This document shows, in pieces, positions 9,316 to 19,236 of a stretch of DNA of 64,000 nt. Made by a program: the position numbers and the translations under genes. Positions within the stretch are counted from its first letter, which is position 1. The number at the start of each line of letters is the position of its first letter. The notes under the pieces are model-generated. The model did no database searches and had not been told where the DNA came from. It saw only the letters and a list, made by a program, of their open reading frames with translations. The stretch is from Candidatus Omnitrophota bacterium (GTDB taxonomy: Bacteria > Omnitrophota > Gorgyraeia > B26-G9), in NCBI GenBank assembly GCA_043826565.1, contig JBDRPX010000025.1, forward strand, positions 36,966 to 100,965. Reading direction: 5' to 3'.

Positions 9316-11159
9316 ATATAGCAATCAATGCTTTTTCTGCGTATTCTTATGGAGGCCTGCAGTATTTAAAAAACCTTCTTTCCGGGTTGCTTGAAAAAAA
9401 AAGCAAAAACATCTATTTCGTTTTTGTAACTAAAAAAAATAAGCATGAGTTTGATTATACTCATCAGAATTTGAAGATAATTGTGTCAAACTTTGCCGGA
9501 TACAATATAATTTGCCGGGTTATCTGGGAACAGTTTGTTTTACCTTTTGTGCTCAAAAAATTAAGAATAGATACAATATATATCCCTAACGGAATGGATA
9601 TATTTTTTTCGCCTACCAGAACGGTTGTTTGTGTGCAGAATATGGAAGTCTTTACCTATCATAACTATCCGAATGCTTTTACATTAAATATGCGTTCGTT
9701 TATTCTGAATATTATAACTCGTATATCTCTTAGAACAGCTGACCACATAATAGCTGTTTCTAATCGCGTTAAAAAGTTTCTCGAGATTCAGTTTGATGTG
9801 CCGGATGAAAAAATAAGCTGTATATATCATGGCCGGGATACTGATTTTGCTAAAAAGAAGGAAACAGAATGTTGCAAAGATGTTCTTGATAAATTTGAAA
9901 TTAATAAAGAATATATTTTTACAGCTTCAAAGATGGTTGCATATTCAAATATGTATAATCTGCTTAAGGCTTTTGAGAGGTATTCTAAGACGAGTAAATC
10001 TGATATAATGCTTGTTATTGCCGGTGGTCTTTGGGACAATAAGTACGCGAAATTATTGCGTGATTTTGTAAAAGAAAAAAAAATAAGTGAGAAAGTGAAA
10101 TTTCTGGAATATGTCGGACATAGCGAAATGCCGGCTTTGTTTTGGGGGGCTAAAATATTTGCTTTCCCTTCAACAGTTGAGGCTTGTCCGATAACTCTAA
10201 TTGAAGCTTTGACTGCCGGGGCTGGTATTATAACGTCAAATATTGAACCTATGCCGGAAATATGTAAAGACGCAGCTGTTTATTTTGATCCTAATAATGT
10301 TGATAATATGACGGGGGCTATTAAAACTCTAGTTGATAACCAGGAACTCATCATCATGCTTAGAGAAAAAGCCCTGAAACGTGCGGAGTTTTTTTCCTGG
10401 AAAAAGTCTGTAAAAAAAACGCAAAGAGTGCTGGAAGGAGTGAAAAAAATGTCTAAAGTCTGGAATAAAGCGCAGGAACTAGAATCAGAGTGGTGGAAAC
10501 TCAAAAAGGAAGAAATAATTTCTCAATCATACCGCAATCAGATAAAAGAAAGATCTGTCCGTATAGAGAAATGGATAGATAAGAAGGTCTCTATTACTGA
10601 AAAATCTAATATTTTAGAAATAGGTGGAGGGGCTACTCAATTGATTGATTTTTTTGATAAAGGTAATAAATATGCGGTTGACCCTTTAGCTGATATGTAT
10701 CAACGCGAATTTTCTCAGGTGCTTGATCCAAAAACTAAATGGCATAAGGCGAAAGTAGAGGAGATGCCTTTTGAAGACAGCTTTTTCGATGTTATCATAA
10801 TCAGGAATGTTCTTGACCATGTTGATTCGGCAAGTAAGGCTTTGAAGGAAATAAATCGTGTTTTGAAGGATAGCGGGGTCTTATATCTGGGGATGAATAC
10901 TTTTTCCGGGCCGTACTATGTCTATAAATTAATTGTTAAAGATCCGGAACACCCATACACTTTTACTCCTAAATCAATAAGGAGTCATATAGTAAAATCT
11001 AAATTTAAAATTGTTGATTTAATTGATGATGCACCAGAAAACATGAAGCATTTTTCGGATCAGTTGGCATCCGTTTCAAAACTTAAGGCTTTTTTACGAG
11101 ACATAGTGTTTTCTTTGAATTGTTTTCACTTTAGCGAGTTTCTTTTAAAAAGAGGTTAG
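9312..11159 (+). CDS. Bifunctional fusion: GT4 (family 1-fold) glycosyltransferase N-terminally, class I SAM-dependent methyltransferase C-terminally
   Basis: The N-terminal ~380 aa have a GT-B layout with an EX7E-like region (FPSTVEACPITLIEALTAGAGIITS). The C-terminal ~220 aa carry methyltransferase motif I ILEIGGGATQ and the post-I/II motifs VIIIRNVLDHVD. There is a 4-nt overlap with the upstream gene. Confidence 0.7.
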   Translation: MNIAINAFSAYSYGGLQYLKNLLSGLLEKKSKNIYFVFVTKKNKHEFDYTHQNLKIIVSNFAGYNIICRVIWEQFVLPFVLKKLRIDTIYIPNGMDIFFSPTRTVVCVQNMEVFTYHNYPNAFTLNMRSFILNIITRISLRTADHIIAVSNRVKKFLEIQFDVPDEKISCIYHGRDTDFAKKKETECCKDVLDKFEINKEYIFTASKMVAYSNMYNLLKAFERYSKTSKSDIMLVIAGGLWDNKYAKLLRDFVKEKKISEKVKFLEYVGHSEMPALFWGAKIFAFPSTVEACPITLIEALTAGAGIITSNIEPMPEICKDAAVYFDPNNVDNMTGAIKTLVDNQELIIMLREKALKRAEFFSWKKSVKKTQRVLEGVKKMSKVWNKAQELESEWWKLKKEEIISQSYRNQIKERSVRIEKWIDKKVSITEKSNILEIGGGATQLIDFFDKGNKYAVDPLADMYQREFSQVLDPKTKWHKAKVEEMPFEDSFFDVIIIRNVLDHVDSASKALKEINRVLKDSGVLYLGMNTFSGPYYVYKLIVKDPEHPYTFTPKSIRSHIVKSKFKIVDLIDDAPENMKHFSDQLASVSKLKAFLRDIVFSLNCFHFSEFLLKRG

Positions 11160-11210
11160 GTTGTTATTTTGTGGAGGATTATAGTTTGATATTCAAACTC
11201 GGGAAATAAG

Positions 11211-12431
11211 ATGAAAATTTTAGTGATAACTCAATATTTTTGGCCGGAGAATTTTCAGATTAATAATTTGGTTGTCGGTTTGGTTAGCAAAGGGCACGCG
11301 GTTACGGTTTTAACGGGCATTCCTAATTACCCCGGCGGCAGTTTTTTCCCTGGATACGGGATATTCAGAAATTTGCGGCAGGATTATCTTGGGGTAAAAG
11401 TTGTGCGTCTGCCGTTAGTATCAAGAGGCAAAGGGAAAAAAATTAGATTGTTGCTTAATTATTTTTCATTCGCTTTTTTTGCCAGCATTTTGGGTCCGTT
11501 TGTTGCCAAGGGCAAATCTGACTTAATTTTTGTTTATGAGCCATCTCCGATTACTGTGGGGTTGCCTGCAATAGTGCTTAAGAAAATCAAATCTGCACCG
11601 GTTTTCTTGTGGGTTCAGGACCTTTGGCCGGAAAGTTTGTCTGCGACGGGAGCGGTAAAATCTCCGGCATTATTAAAGTTAGTAGAAAAACTGGTACATT
11701 TTATATATCATAATTGCAACTTAATACTAGTACAGTCAAAGGCATTTATTCCGTCTATTAAAAATTTTGGGGTAGAAATCAGCCGGATTTCGTATTTTCC
11801 AAACAGTGCAGAGGATTTTTACCAGCCGGTTGAGGTGGAAAAAGATGCTCCTGAACGCAATAAAATACCTCAAGGTTTTGTTATTATGTTTGCGGGTAAT
11901 ATCGGAGCAGCACAGGATTTTCCTACGATTATCGCTGCCGCGGAGAAACTAAAGAATTTTTCGGATATTCATTGGGTGATTATCGGGGACGGAAGAATGC
12001 GGCAATGGGCTGAAGATGAGATAGCCGCGCGTAATTTAGGTCATAAATTTAAATTTTTAGGAAGGCATTCTCCGGAACAAATGCCGCGTTATTTTGCTTT
12101 AACAAATGTTTTGCTTGTTACCCTTAGAAATGAGGAAATTTTTAAGCATACAATACCATCAAAGGTGCAGCCGTATTTAGCATCGGCTAAACTGATAATT
12201 GCTTCATTGGCAGGAGAAGGTGCAAGGATTATAGAAGAAGCTAAGGCTGGATTTTCCTGTACTCCGGAAAATCCAGATGCGCTTGCAGAGTTGGTTTTAA
12301 AGGTGTATCATATGGATGAATGTGAGCGTCAAGTTATGGGAAGAAACGGCCGGAAGTACTTCGAGAACAACTTTTGCCGAAATAAGCTTGTTGACCAATT
12401 AGATGAGTTAATCAGAAGAATAAAGGGGTAA
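11211..12431 (+). CDS. WbuB-like GT4 glycosyltransferase (transferase for an L-FucNAc/L-QuiNAc-type sugar)
   Basis: The N-terminus MKILVITQYFWPENFQINNLVVGLVSKGHAVTVLTGIPNYPGG is characteristic of the WbuB/WbwH family, which is encoded next to fnl/wbv genes. Confidence 0.7.
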   Translation: MKILVITQYFWPENFQINNLVVGLVSKGHAVTVLTGIPNYPGGSFFPGYGIFRNLRQDYLGVKVVRLPLVSRGKGKKIRLLLNYFSFAFFASILGPFVAKGKSDLIFVYEPSPITVGLPAIVLKKIKSAPVFLWVQDLWPESLSATGAVKSPALLKLVEKLVHFIYHNCNLILVQSKAFIPSIKNFGVEISRISYFPNSAEDFYQPVEVEKDAPERNKIPQGFVIMFAGNIGAAQDFPTIIAAAEKLKNFSDIHWVIIGDGRMRQWAEDEIAARNLGHKFKFLGRHSPEQMPRYFALTNVLLVTLRNEEIFKHTIPSKVQPYLASAKLIIASLAGEGARIIEEAKAGFSCTPENPDALAELVLKVYHMDECERQVMGRNGRKYFENNFCRNKLVDQLDELIRRIKG

Positions 12432-12438
12432 AGTTTTT

Positions 12439-13308
12439 ATGCGTATTTTAATTTTGGGTGGAAATGGAATGCTTGGCCATGCTGCTTGGCAGTCATTTAA
12501 GAATAATTTTGATGTATGTGTAACTGTTCGCGGCGACTTTTCTGATGTAGGAAAATTTGCAATTTTTGATAAGATAAAAACTATTTGTGGTGTTAACGCA
12601 GAAGATTTTTCAAATATTGAAAAAATTGTGAGCTCAGTTAAGCCGGAGGTGATTCTTAACTGTATCGGGATTGTTAAGCAGGTAAGTGCGGCTAATAATC
12701 CGATAAAAAGTATAGAAATAAATTCACTTTTCCCGCATAAGCTTGCTGCTTTGTGTAGTAGTGTTAATTGCCGGTTGATTCACATAAGTACAGATTGTGT
12801 TTTTTCCGGGGATAAAGGTCGATATATGGAAAACGATATTCCTGATTCGGTTGATTTATATGGAAGGTCTAAATTGTTGGGTGAGGTAATTGCGGGGACT
12901 GCACTTACAATTAGAACATCTATAATTGGAAGGGAACTTGGGACGAAGCATGGATTATTGGAATGGTTCTTGAGCCAACAGGATAAAAGCGTAAAAGGAT
13001 ATACCAAGGTCATATTCTCTGGTTTTACAACTACAGCTTTATGTGCAATACTAAAAGACATTATAATTAATCATAAAAACTTAAAGGGTCTCTATCATGT
13101 TTCCAGTGAGCCGATTAGTAAATATGATTTGTTGTCGTTGATAAAAGAGGAAATGGATATAAACATTGAAATAATTCCGGATGATGAATTAAAATGTGAT
13201 CGAAGTTTGGATTCTTTAAAATTTTGTAGTGAAACAGCTTATACAATACCTTCCTGGGAAGATATGATTAAGGAAATGTCAGAAGCGATTAAAAAGGAGG
13301 CAAGATGA
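12439..13308 (+). CDS. RmlD-like 4-reductase (WbvR/FnlB analogue) of the UDP-2-acetamido-2,6-dideoxy-L-hexose pathway
   Basis: MRILILGGNGMLGHAAW resembles the RmlD substrate-binding fold. It sits between a WbuB-like GT and an FnlA/WbvB-like dehydratase. Confidence 0.6.
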   Translation: MRILILGGNGMLGHAAWQSFKNNFDVCVTVRGDFSDVGKFAIFDKIKTICGVNAEDFSNIEKIVSSVKPEVILNCIGIVKQVSAANNPIKSIEINSLFPHKLAALCSSVNCRLIHISTDCVFSGDKGRYMENDIPDSVDLYGRSKLLGEVIAGTALTIRTSIIGRELGTKHGLLEWFLSQQDKSVKGYTKVIFSGFTTTALCAILKDIIINHKNLKGLYHVSSEPISKYDLLSLIKEEMDINIEIIPDDELKCDRSLDSLKFCSETAYTIPSWEDMIKEMSEAIKKEAR

Positions 13309-14372
13309 TTTTTAACAGTAAAAAAATTTTGGTTATAGGTGGAACAGGGTCTTTAGGTAAAGTATTTGTTAGGAGAGTGTTAAGTGGGGAATTGGGTACA
13401 CCTAAAAAGATTATCGTAATGTCTCGGGATGAAGCAAAGCAGCATCAGATGCGGATGTCCTATTTACATAAATTAGTAGCGACCGATGAGGTTATTTATA
13501 ATAATTTTAAAAATGCTTTGGAATTTCGTATCGGTGATGTTCGTGATTATGCCGATGTTTGTTCCGCGGTAAAAGACGCGGATATAGTGGTTAATGCGGC
13601 GGCGTTAAAACAGGTTCCGGTATGTGAGTATTTCCCCACACAGGCGGTTTTAACAAATTGTATAGGGGCTTCTAATATTGTACGCTCGATTGAAGAAAAT
13701 AGTTATCCGGTGGATACGGTTATTGGGGTTAGTACAGATAAAGCTTGTAAGCCGGTAAATGTAATGGGAATGACCAAGGCTGTTCAGGAAAGGATCATTA
13801 TTGCCGCGAATATTCTAAACCAGAAAACTCGTTTTATTTGTGTGCGTTATGGTAATGTTTTAGCTTCTCGCGGCTCGGTTATCCCTCTTTTTCATGAACA
13901 AATTAAGAATGGCGGACCGGTAACGGTAACGGTTCCGGAAATGACCAGATTTTTATTAAGTCTTAATCAGGCTGTAGAAACTTTGTTTACGGCTTTACGT
14001 TCTGCGAAGCGGGGAGAAACTTATGTTCCAAAAGTTCCGGCGGCTACTGTTATTAATATCGCCAAGGCATTGATTGGGAAAAGAAAGATTGATGTCAAGA
14101 TCACCGGTATCCGGCCTGCGGAAAAAATGCACGAAATAATGGTTTCTGAAGAAGAGGCAACACATTGTGTCAAGCGCGGAAATTATTATGCTATTCTACC
14201 GATGCTGCCTGAATTGAGAAAACCAGGTAAACATGAAGCTTCCCCTTTAAAGAAGGAATTTAGCTCTGAGGATACGGCACTTGATTTTAACGGAACCCTA
14301 GCTTTATTAAAAAAACATAAAATACTGGTCGAGGATGTTGATCTTTCTTCCAGTGAGGAATTGCTAAGGTAG
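13305..14372 (+). CDS. UDP-GlcNAc 4,6-dehydratase/5-epimerase (FnlA/CapE/WbjB/WbvB family)
   Basis: KILVIGGTGSLGKVFVRRVL is a Rossmann motif. The protein is ~350 aa. It resembles the CapE-type short-chain dehydrogenase and is adjacent to a UDP-GlcNAc 2-epimerase. Confidence 0.75.
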   Translation: MIFNSKKILVIGGTGSLGKVFVRRVLSGELGTPKKIIVMSRDEAKQHQMRMSYLHKLVATDEVIYNNFKNALEFRIGDVRDYADVCSAVKDADIVVNAAALKQVPVCEYFPTQAVLTNCIGASNIVRSIEENSYPVDTVIGVSTDKACKPVNVMGMTKAVQERIIIAANILNQKTRFICVRYGNVLASRGSVIPLFHEQIKNGGPVTVTVPEMTRFLLSLNQAVETLFTALRSAKRGETYVPKVPAATVINIAKALIGKRKIDVKITGIRPAEKMHEIMVSEEEATHCVKRGNYYAILPMLPELRKPGKHEASPLKKEFSSEDTALDFNGTLALLKKHKILVEDVDLSSSEELLR

Positions 14373-14398
14373 TCTATTATACGAGAAAGGACAAAACT

Positions 14399-15520
14399 AT
14401 GAAAATCATGACGATTGTGGGGACGCGTCCGGAAATCATCAAACTGAGCCGAGTGATTAATGAACTGGAAAAATTCCATGAAAATATTCTTGTGCATACA
14501 GGACAGAATTACGATTATGAGCTCAATGAAATTTTCTTTAAGGATATGAACGTCAAAAAGCCCAAATATTTTCTAAATGCCGTAGGTAAGACACTGGCAG
14601 AAACTATTGGGAATGTTATTGCAAAATCTGACAAGATAATGGAAAAGGAGCATCCGGATGCAGTGCTTCTTTACGGAGATACAAATAGCTGCTTGTCGGT
14701 AATTGCTGCCAAAAGGCGTAAAATCCCTATTTTCCATATGGAAGCCGGGAATCGATGTTTTGACCAACGGGTTCCGGAGGAAATAAACAGAAAGATTGTC
14801 GACCATTTAAGCGATATTAATATGACTCTTACTGAGCATGCTCGCAGATATTTAATTGCTGAGGGCATAAAACCGGAAACAATAATAAAAACCGGCTCAC
14901 CGATCAAGGAGATCCTGAATTTTTATATGCCTTCTATTGTAAAATCAGCGGTTCTCGAAAGGCTAAAATTAAAACCCGGGGATTATTTTTTATTAAGTGC
15001 GCATCGAGAGGAGAATATAGACAGTAAGTCAAATTTCAATGATTTGCTGGATGCTTTGAATAAGGTAGCCAGAACTTTTAAGAAGAAAATAATTGTTTCC
15101 ACTCATCCGAGGACCAGAAAGAAGCTGGCCGGCTTAAACCGGAAAAATTTTGATGCCCGGATATCTTTTCTTAAACCCCTTGGTTTTTTTGATTATATAA
15201 AACTGCAAATGAATGCCGCATGTGTAATCTCAGATAGCGGTACGATTACCGAGGAGTCATCCATGCTTAATTTCCCGGCGGTAACTATTCGTCAGGCGCA
15301 TGAGCGCCCTGAAGGAATGGATGAGGGGGCTTTGATCATGTGCGGACTCAAAGCTAGTGATATTATTAATGCAATTAAAACAGTATCCGCACAGCATTCA
15401 AAGATAAATCGCCAATTTAAAATCATCCCGGATTATGATGTGGATAATGTTTCTAAAAAAGTTGTAAGAATTATCATGAGCTACACAGATTATATAAATC
15501 GTACAGTGTGGTTTAAATAA
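14399..15520 (+). CDS. Non-hydrolysing UDP-N-acetylglucosamine 2-epimerase (FnlC/WbvD/Cap5G type)
   Basis: MKIMTIVGTRPEIIKLSRVI and the downstream HTGQNYD and SDSGTITEE motifs are typical of the WecB/Cap5G 2-epimerase family. Confidence 0.8.
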   Translation: MKIMTIVGTRPEIIKLSRVINELEKFHENILVHTGQNYDYELNEIFFKDMNVKKPKYFLNAVGKTLAETIGNVIAKSDKIMEKEHPDAVLLYGDTNSCLSVIAAKRRKIPIFHMEAGNRCFDQRVPEEINRKIVDHLSDINMTLTEHARRYLIAEGIKPETIIKTGSPIKEILNFYMPSIVKSAVLERLKLKPGDYFLLSAHREENIDSKSNFNDLLDALNKVARTFKKKIIVSTHPRTRKKLAGLNRKNFDARISFLKPLGFFDYIKLQMNAACVISDSGTITEESSMLNFPAVTIRQAHERPEGMDEGALIMCGLKASDIINAIKTVSAQHSKINRQFKIIPDYDVDNVSKKVVRIIMSYTDYINRTVWFK

Positions 15521-15547
15521 AAATCCTTTTCTAAATCCTAAACGATA

Positions 15548-16504
15548 ATGAATAAAATCACAAAAAAAAATATTTTGATAACTGGCGCAAACGGGTTTAT
15601 TGGCCGTAATCTATGTGCTTTTCTAAAGGAAAAAGACTATAGTGTTAGGGCGGCTGTGCGTAGTAATGTAAATGATGTATTTGGGGTTGAGGAGTATGTT
15701 CAAATAGGAGATATAAATGATTCAACTGATTGGAAACAGGCTTTGTCTGGAGTGGATACGGTTATTCATTTAGCAGCACATGTTCATGTTATGGATAATC
15801 CAGATGATGGTTCACTTGAAGAATTTCGTAAAGTTAATGTGCTTGGAACAGAGAGGCTGGCGTTGCTGTCTGCAAATGCAGGGGTTAAGAGATTTATTTT
15901 TATTAGTTCGGTAAAAGTAAACGGAGAAAGGAAATCAGCCCCTTATTGTGAAGATGATATTGCGGATCCACAAGATGCTTATGGTATTAGCAAGTTGGAA
16001 GCGGAAAACATATTAAAAAAAATAGCGAATGAAACTGATCTGCAGATTGTGATTTTACGGATTCCAATGGTTTATGGACCTGGGGTAAAGGCTAATTTTA
16101 AAAGTTTAATTAAAATTGCTGGTTCTGGTATACCATTACCGTTTAAAGGTATTAATAACCGGCGTAGTTTACTCTATGTGGGTAATTTGGTAGATGCTAT
16201 TAGTATCTGTGTTTATCATCCGAAGGCGATGAATGAAATTTTTTTATTAAGCGATGGGCAGGATGTGTCTACCTCAGATTTAATAAGGATAATAGCTTGC
16301 GCAATGGATAAAAAGGTGAGATTATTTTTTTTCCCTCCGGTTATTTTGAAAACACTTTTTACGATTATGGGAAAAGCGCAAGCGTGGGATAAATTAGCCG
16401 GATCGCTTTTTGTGGATAATCGTAAAATCAGGAATCTGCTTTCCTGGAAGTTACCTTTTACTCTTGAAGAGGGGCTGAGGGAAACTATAAAACTATATAA
16501 ATAA
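15548..16504 (+). CDS. NAD-dependent nucleotide-sugar epimerase/dehydratase (GalE/WbpP-like)
   Basis: ILITGANGFIGRNL is a Rossmann motif, and the YxxxK catalytic dyad is in YGISK. Confidence 0.65.
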   Translation: MNKITKKNILITGANGFIGRNLCAFLKEKDYSVRAAVRSNVNDVFGVEEYVQIGDINDSTDWKQALSGVDTVIHLAAHVHVMDNPDDGSLEEFRKVNVLGTERLALLSANAGVKRFIFISSVKVNGERKSAPYCEDDIADPQDAYGISKLEAENILKKIANETDLQIVILRIPMVYGPGVKANFKSLIKIAGSGIPLPFKGINNRRSLLYVGNLVDAISICVYHPKAMNEIFLLSDGQDVSTSDLIRIIACAMDKKVRLFFFPPVILKTLFTIMGKAQAWDKLAGSLFVDNRKIRNLLSWKLPFTLEEGLRETIKLYK

Positions 16505-16506
16505 TT

Positions 16507-17067
16507 ATGAAACGAATTTTTGATTTAGTTTTGTCCTTAATTTTGATATTTTTATTTAGTGTCCCGATGTTAGTTGTTGCGGTTTATATTAAGCTAATGT
16601 CCAAGGGGCCGGCTTTATTCTGGACAGATCGTGTGGGGGTAAATAATGTCATTTTTAAGATGGCTAAATTCAGGACAATGAAATTAAACACGCCTCAGTT
16701 AGCTACTCATTTAATGAAAAACCCTGAAAAGTACCTAATCCCGGGTGGAGAATTTCTGCGTATGAGTAGTCTTGATGAATTGCCGCAATTATTGAATATT
16801 TTAAAGGGAAACATGAGTTTTGTCGGGCCTCGCCCGGCATTGTTTAATCAGCATGATCTTGTGGAATTGCGCACTAAGAAGAATATTCATAAGCTAGTTC
16901 CCGGAGTTACCGGCTGGGCGCAGGTGAATGGAAGAGATGATATAGAAATTCCCGTAAAAGTATCTTTTGACGAATATTACCTCAGAAACCGTTCTTTTTT
17001 CTTCGATTTCAAGATTATTTTCCTAACTGTAATAAAGGTTCTAAAAAGAGAGGGTGTTAAACATTAG
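16507..17067 (+). CDS. Small initiating phosphoglycosyl transferase (PglC/WbaP C-terminal-domain family 'bacterial sugar transferase')
   Basis: A single N-terminal TM helix, then DRVG...FKMAKFRTM...DELPQLLNILKGNMSFVGPRP, the signature of monotopic PGTs. Confidence 0.8.
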   Translation: MKRIFDLVLSLILIFLFSVPMLVVAVYIKLMSKGPALFWTDRVGVNNVIFKMAKFRTMKLNTPQLATHLMKNPEKYLIPGGEFLRMSSLDELPQLLNILKGNMSFVGPRPALFNQHDLVELRTKKNIHKLVPGVTGWAQVNGRDDIEIPVKVSFDEYYLRNRSFFFDFKIIFLTVIKVLKREGVKH

Positions 17068-17190
17068 AGGATAGAACCCATTACCCCTGAATAAGTTAGA
17101 TAACTATTCCCTCCCGTCTTAAGCCTATTTGTTAAACTAATGAAAATTTTATAAGTCAAGAGTATTCAAGTTGATAGTACTAATTAAATG

Positions 17191-17219
17191 TTGAAAAAAT
17201 ATTCTAATTAATATATAAT
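17191..17219 (+). promoter_or_regulatory. Sigma70-like promoter (TTGAAA-17-TATAAT) in the 256-bp AT-rich gap ahead of the capD-like gene
   Basis: Reading the sequence gives TTGAAA at 17191-17196, a 17-nt spacer, and TATAAT at 17214-17219. Confidence 0.4.
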
Positions 17220-17323
17220 TTAACCCTATACATATATTGAAGTTACTAGTGCATTATCTACGGTGGGGGGAGTTATATGTGGTCAGGTTATGGGAAAAGA
17301 TAGGCCTTAAAAGGGATGTTGCT

Positions 17324-19165
17324 ATGAAATCTAGATATAGAATATTTATAATGGTTGCTATTGATTTATGTTTAGTTAACTTATCCATATTTTTTGCGTT
17401 TATGGTTCGTTATGACTGGCGGCTGCCTCCTTTGCTGAGGGAGACCTGCGTTTATTTAATGGTTTTGGCAAGTTTGATCAGGATAATTATGTTTTTTGTT
17501 TTCGGCGCTTATCAATGGTCTTTTCGTCATGCCAGCCTGAGCGAAGTTTTAAATATTTTCAAGGCGGTTACTGTGGGGAGTCTATTGCTTGTTACCGCGG
17601 CATTTTTTATCCGCCATGAGGGAATGCTGGGCATGGGGCGTACGGTACTGTTGATTGATCAGCTAATTTGTTTTTTTCTGATCAGCGTTTCACGGTTTTT
17701 GCCTAGGTTTTTATTGAAATTTCGAACCACGCGTCTGAGAAATCTCAAACGAGTGCTTATAGTTGGTGCGGGAACAGCGGGCGAAATGGTGGTTCGTGAG
17801 TTGCTTAATGTCCAAAATGGGTTATATCGCCCGATTGGATTTGTTGACGATGATCGTTTGAAGCTTCATTCACGAATACACGGCATAAAAATATTGGGAG
17901 TGACTGATGACATAAATAAGCTGGTTACTGAATATGAAATTGAGGAAATTGTTATCGCGATCCCCTCGGCAAACGGCCGAACCATAAGAAATATTGTTTC
18001 TAAATGTGAAAATTTGGGCGTAAAAATTAAAATTATTCCCGGATTGCATAAAATCATGACCGGAGAAGTATCGATAAAGCAAATTACCGACGTTCAGCCG
18101 GAAGATCTTTTGGGCCGGCAGATGGTGGAAATAGACGCAGATGAGGTGCAGATGTTTCTTAAAAACCGTGTTGTTCTTGTTACCGGTGCCGGTGGAAGTA
18201 TTGGATCGGAATTATGTCGGCAAATAGTAAGATTTGAACCGAAACTTTTAATTCTTTTTGATTATAATGAAAATGATACTTATTTTTTGGAACTGGATTT
18301 GAAAGAAAAATACGGATATTTGAATTTTAAAACAATAATCGGGGATATTAAAGATGTGGGGTTGCTCAAGCATACATTTTCCAAATATAAACCCGATATT
18401 GTATTCCATTCCGCAGCGCACAAACATGTGCCGCTTATGGAGGAAAACCCGGTAGCGGCTGTTAAAAATAATATTATTGGAACGCGCAATTTTATGTATG
18501 CTTCTGAGCATTACAAAGTTAAAAGCTTTGTGATGATATCCACGGATAAAGCAGTAAATCCAACTAGTATTATGGGTGCTTCTAAGCGAATTGCGGAAAC
18601 GATGATTCAGGCAAAGGCCCAGAGTGCCAAAACAAAATTTATGGCGGTCCGGTTCGGTAATGTTATCGGTTCCAGTGGAAGCGTTGTCCCAATTTTCAAA
18701 AAACAGATTGAAAGGGGAGGACCGATAACCGTTACTCATCCGGAGGTAAAAAGATTTTTTATGTTGGCCAGCGAAGCAGCCCAACTGGTGATTCAGGCTG
18801 GGGCTATCGGTAAGGGTGGTGAGATCTTTATTTTGGATATGGGGGAGCAGATTAAAATTTCTGATTTAGCCAAAAACCTCATAACATTATCCGGGCTGGA
18901 AGTTGACGAGGATATTGAACTTAAATATATAGGATTACGGCCGGGAGAGAAGATGGAGGAAGAGACATTGCTGGATATTGAGCATGACAAGGCAACAAAA
19001 TACAATAAAGTTTTCATCGCTCAACCTAATAATTTTAATTCCAGGAAGATGCGTCGGGATATAAAGGTGCTGGAAAAAATGGCTAGTATGATGGATGTTC
19101 CGGGCATTGTTGAAAAAATAAAAAGCATGGTCCCCTTCCATAATCCTAATGCGGCGGAAAAATGA
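17324..19165 (+). CDS. CapD/PglF/WbpM-type membrane-anchored UDP-sugar 4,6-dehydratase (polysaccharide biosynthesis protein)
   Basis: The N-terminal TM segments are followed by VLVTGAGGSIGSELCRQI and the extended SDR domain. The ATG at 17324 is preceded by AAGGGA, and the track ORF begins at 17237. Confidence 0.8.
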   Translation: MKSRYRIFIMVAIDLCLVNLSIFFAFMVRYDWRLPPLLRETCVYLMVLASLIRIIMFFVFGAYQWSFRHASLSEVLNIFKAVTVGSLLLVTAAFFIRHEGMLGMGRTVLLIDQLICFFLISVSRFLPRFLLKFRTTRLRNLKRVLIVGAGTAGEMVVRELLNVQNGLYRPIGFVDDDRLKLHSRIHGIKILGVTDDINKLVTEYEIEEIVIAIPSANGRTIRNIVSKCENLGVKIKIIPGLHKIMTGEVSIKQITDVQPEDLLGRQMVEIDADEVQMFLKNRVVLVTGAGGSIGSELCRQIVRFEPKLLILFDYNENDTYFLELDLKEKYGYLNFKTIIGDIKDVGLLKHTFSKYKPDIVFHSAAHKHVPLMEENPVAAVKNNIIGTRNFMYASEHYKVKSFVMISTDKAVNPTSIMGASKRIAETMIQAKAQSAKTKFMAVRFGNVIGSSGSVVPIFKKQIERGGPITVTHPEVKRFFMLASEAAQLVIQAGAIGKGGEIFILDMGEQIKISDLAKNLITLSGLEVDEDIELKYIGLRPGEKMEEETLLDIEHDKATKYNKVFIAQPNNFNSRKMRRDIKVLEKMASMMDVPGIVEKIKSMVPFHNPNAAEK

Positions 19166-19236
19166 GGCCACAACTTTGTGTCGCTGTATGAGCGTGGAAA
19201 AATCACAGCGCTTCTGTTTCGGACGGTAATTTAGGG

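Noticed and set aside
19166-19236. CGCTGT...ACAGCG inverted repeat after the capD-like gene as a terminator
   Set aside because: The stem is only 6 bp with a 16-nt loop and no proper U-run. Read-through into the next gene is more likely.
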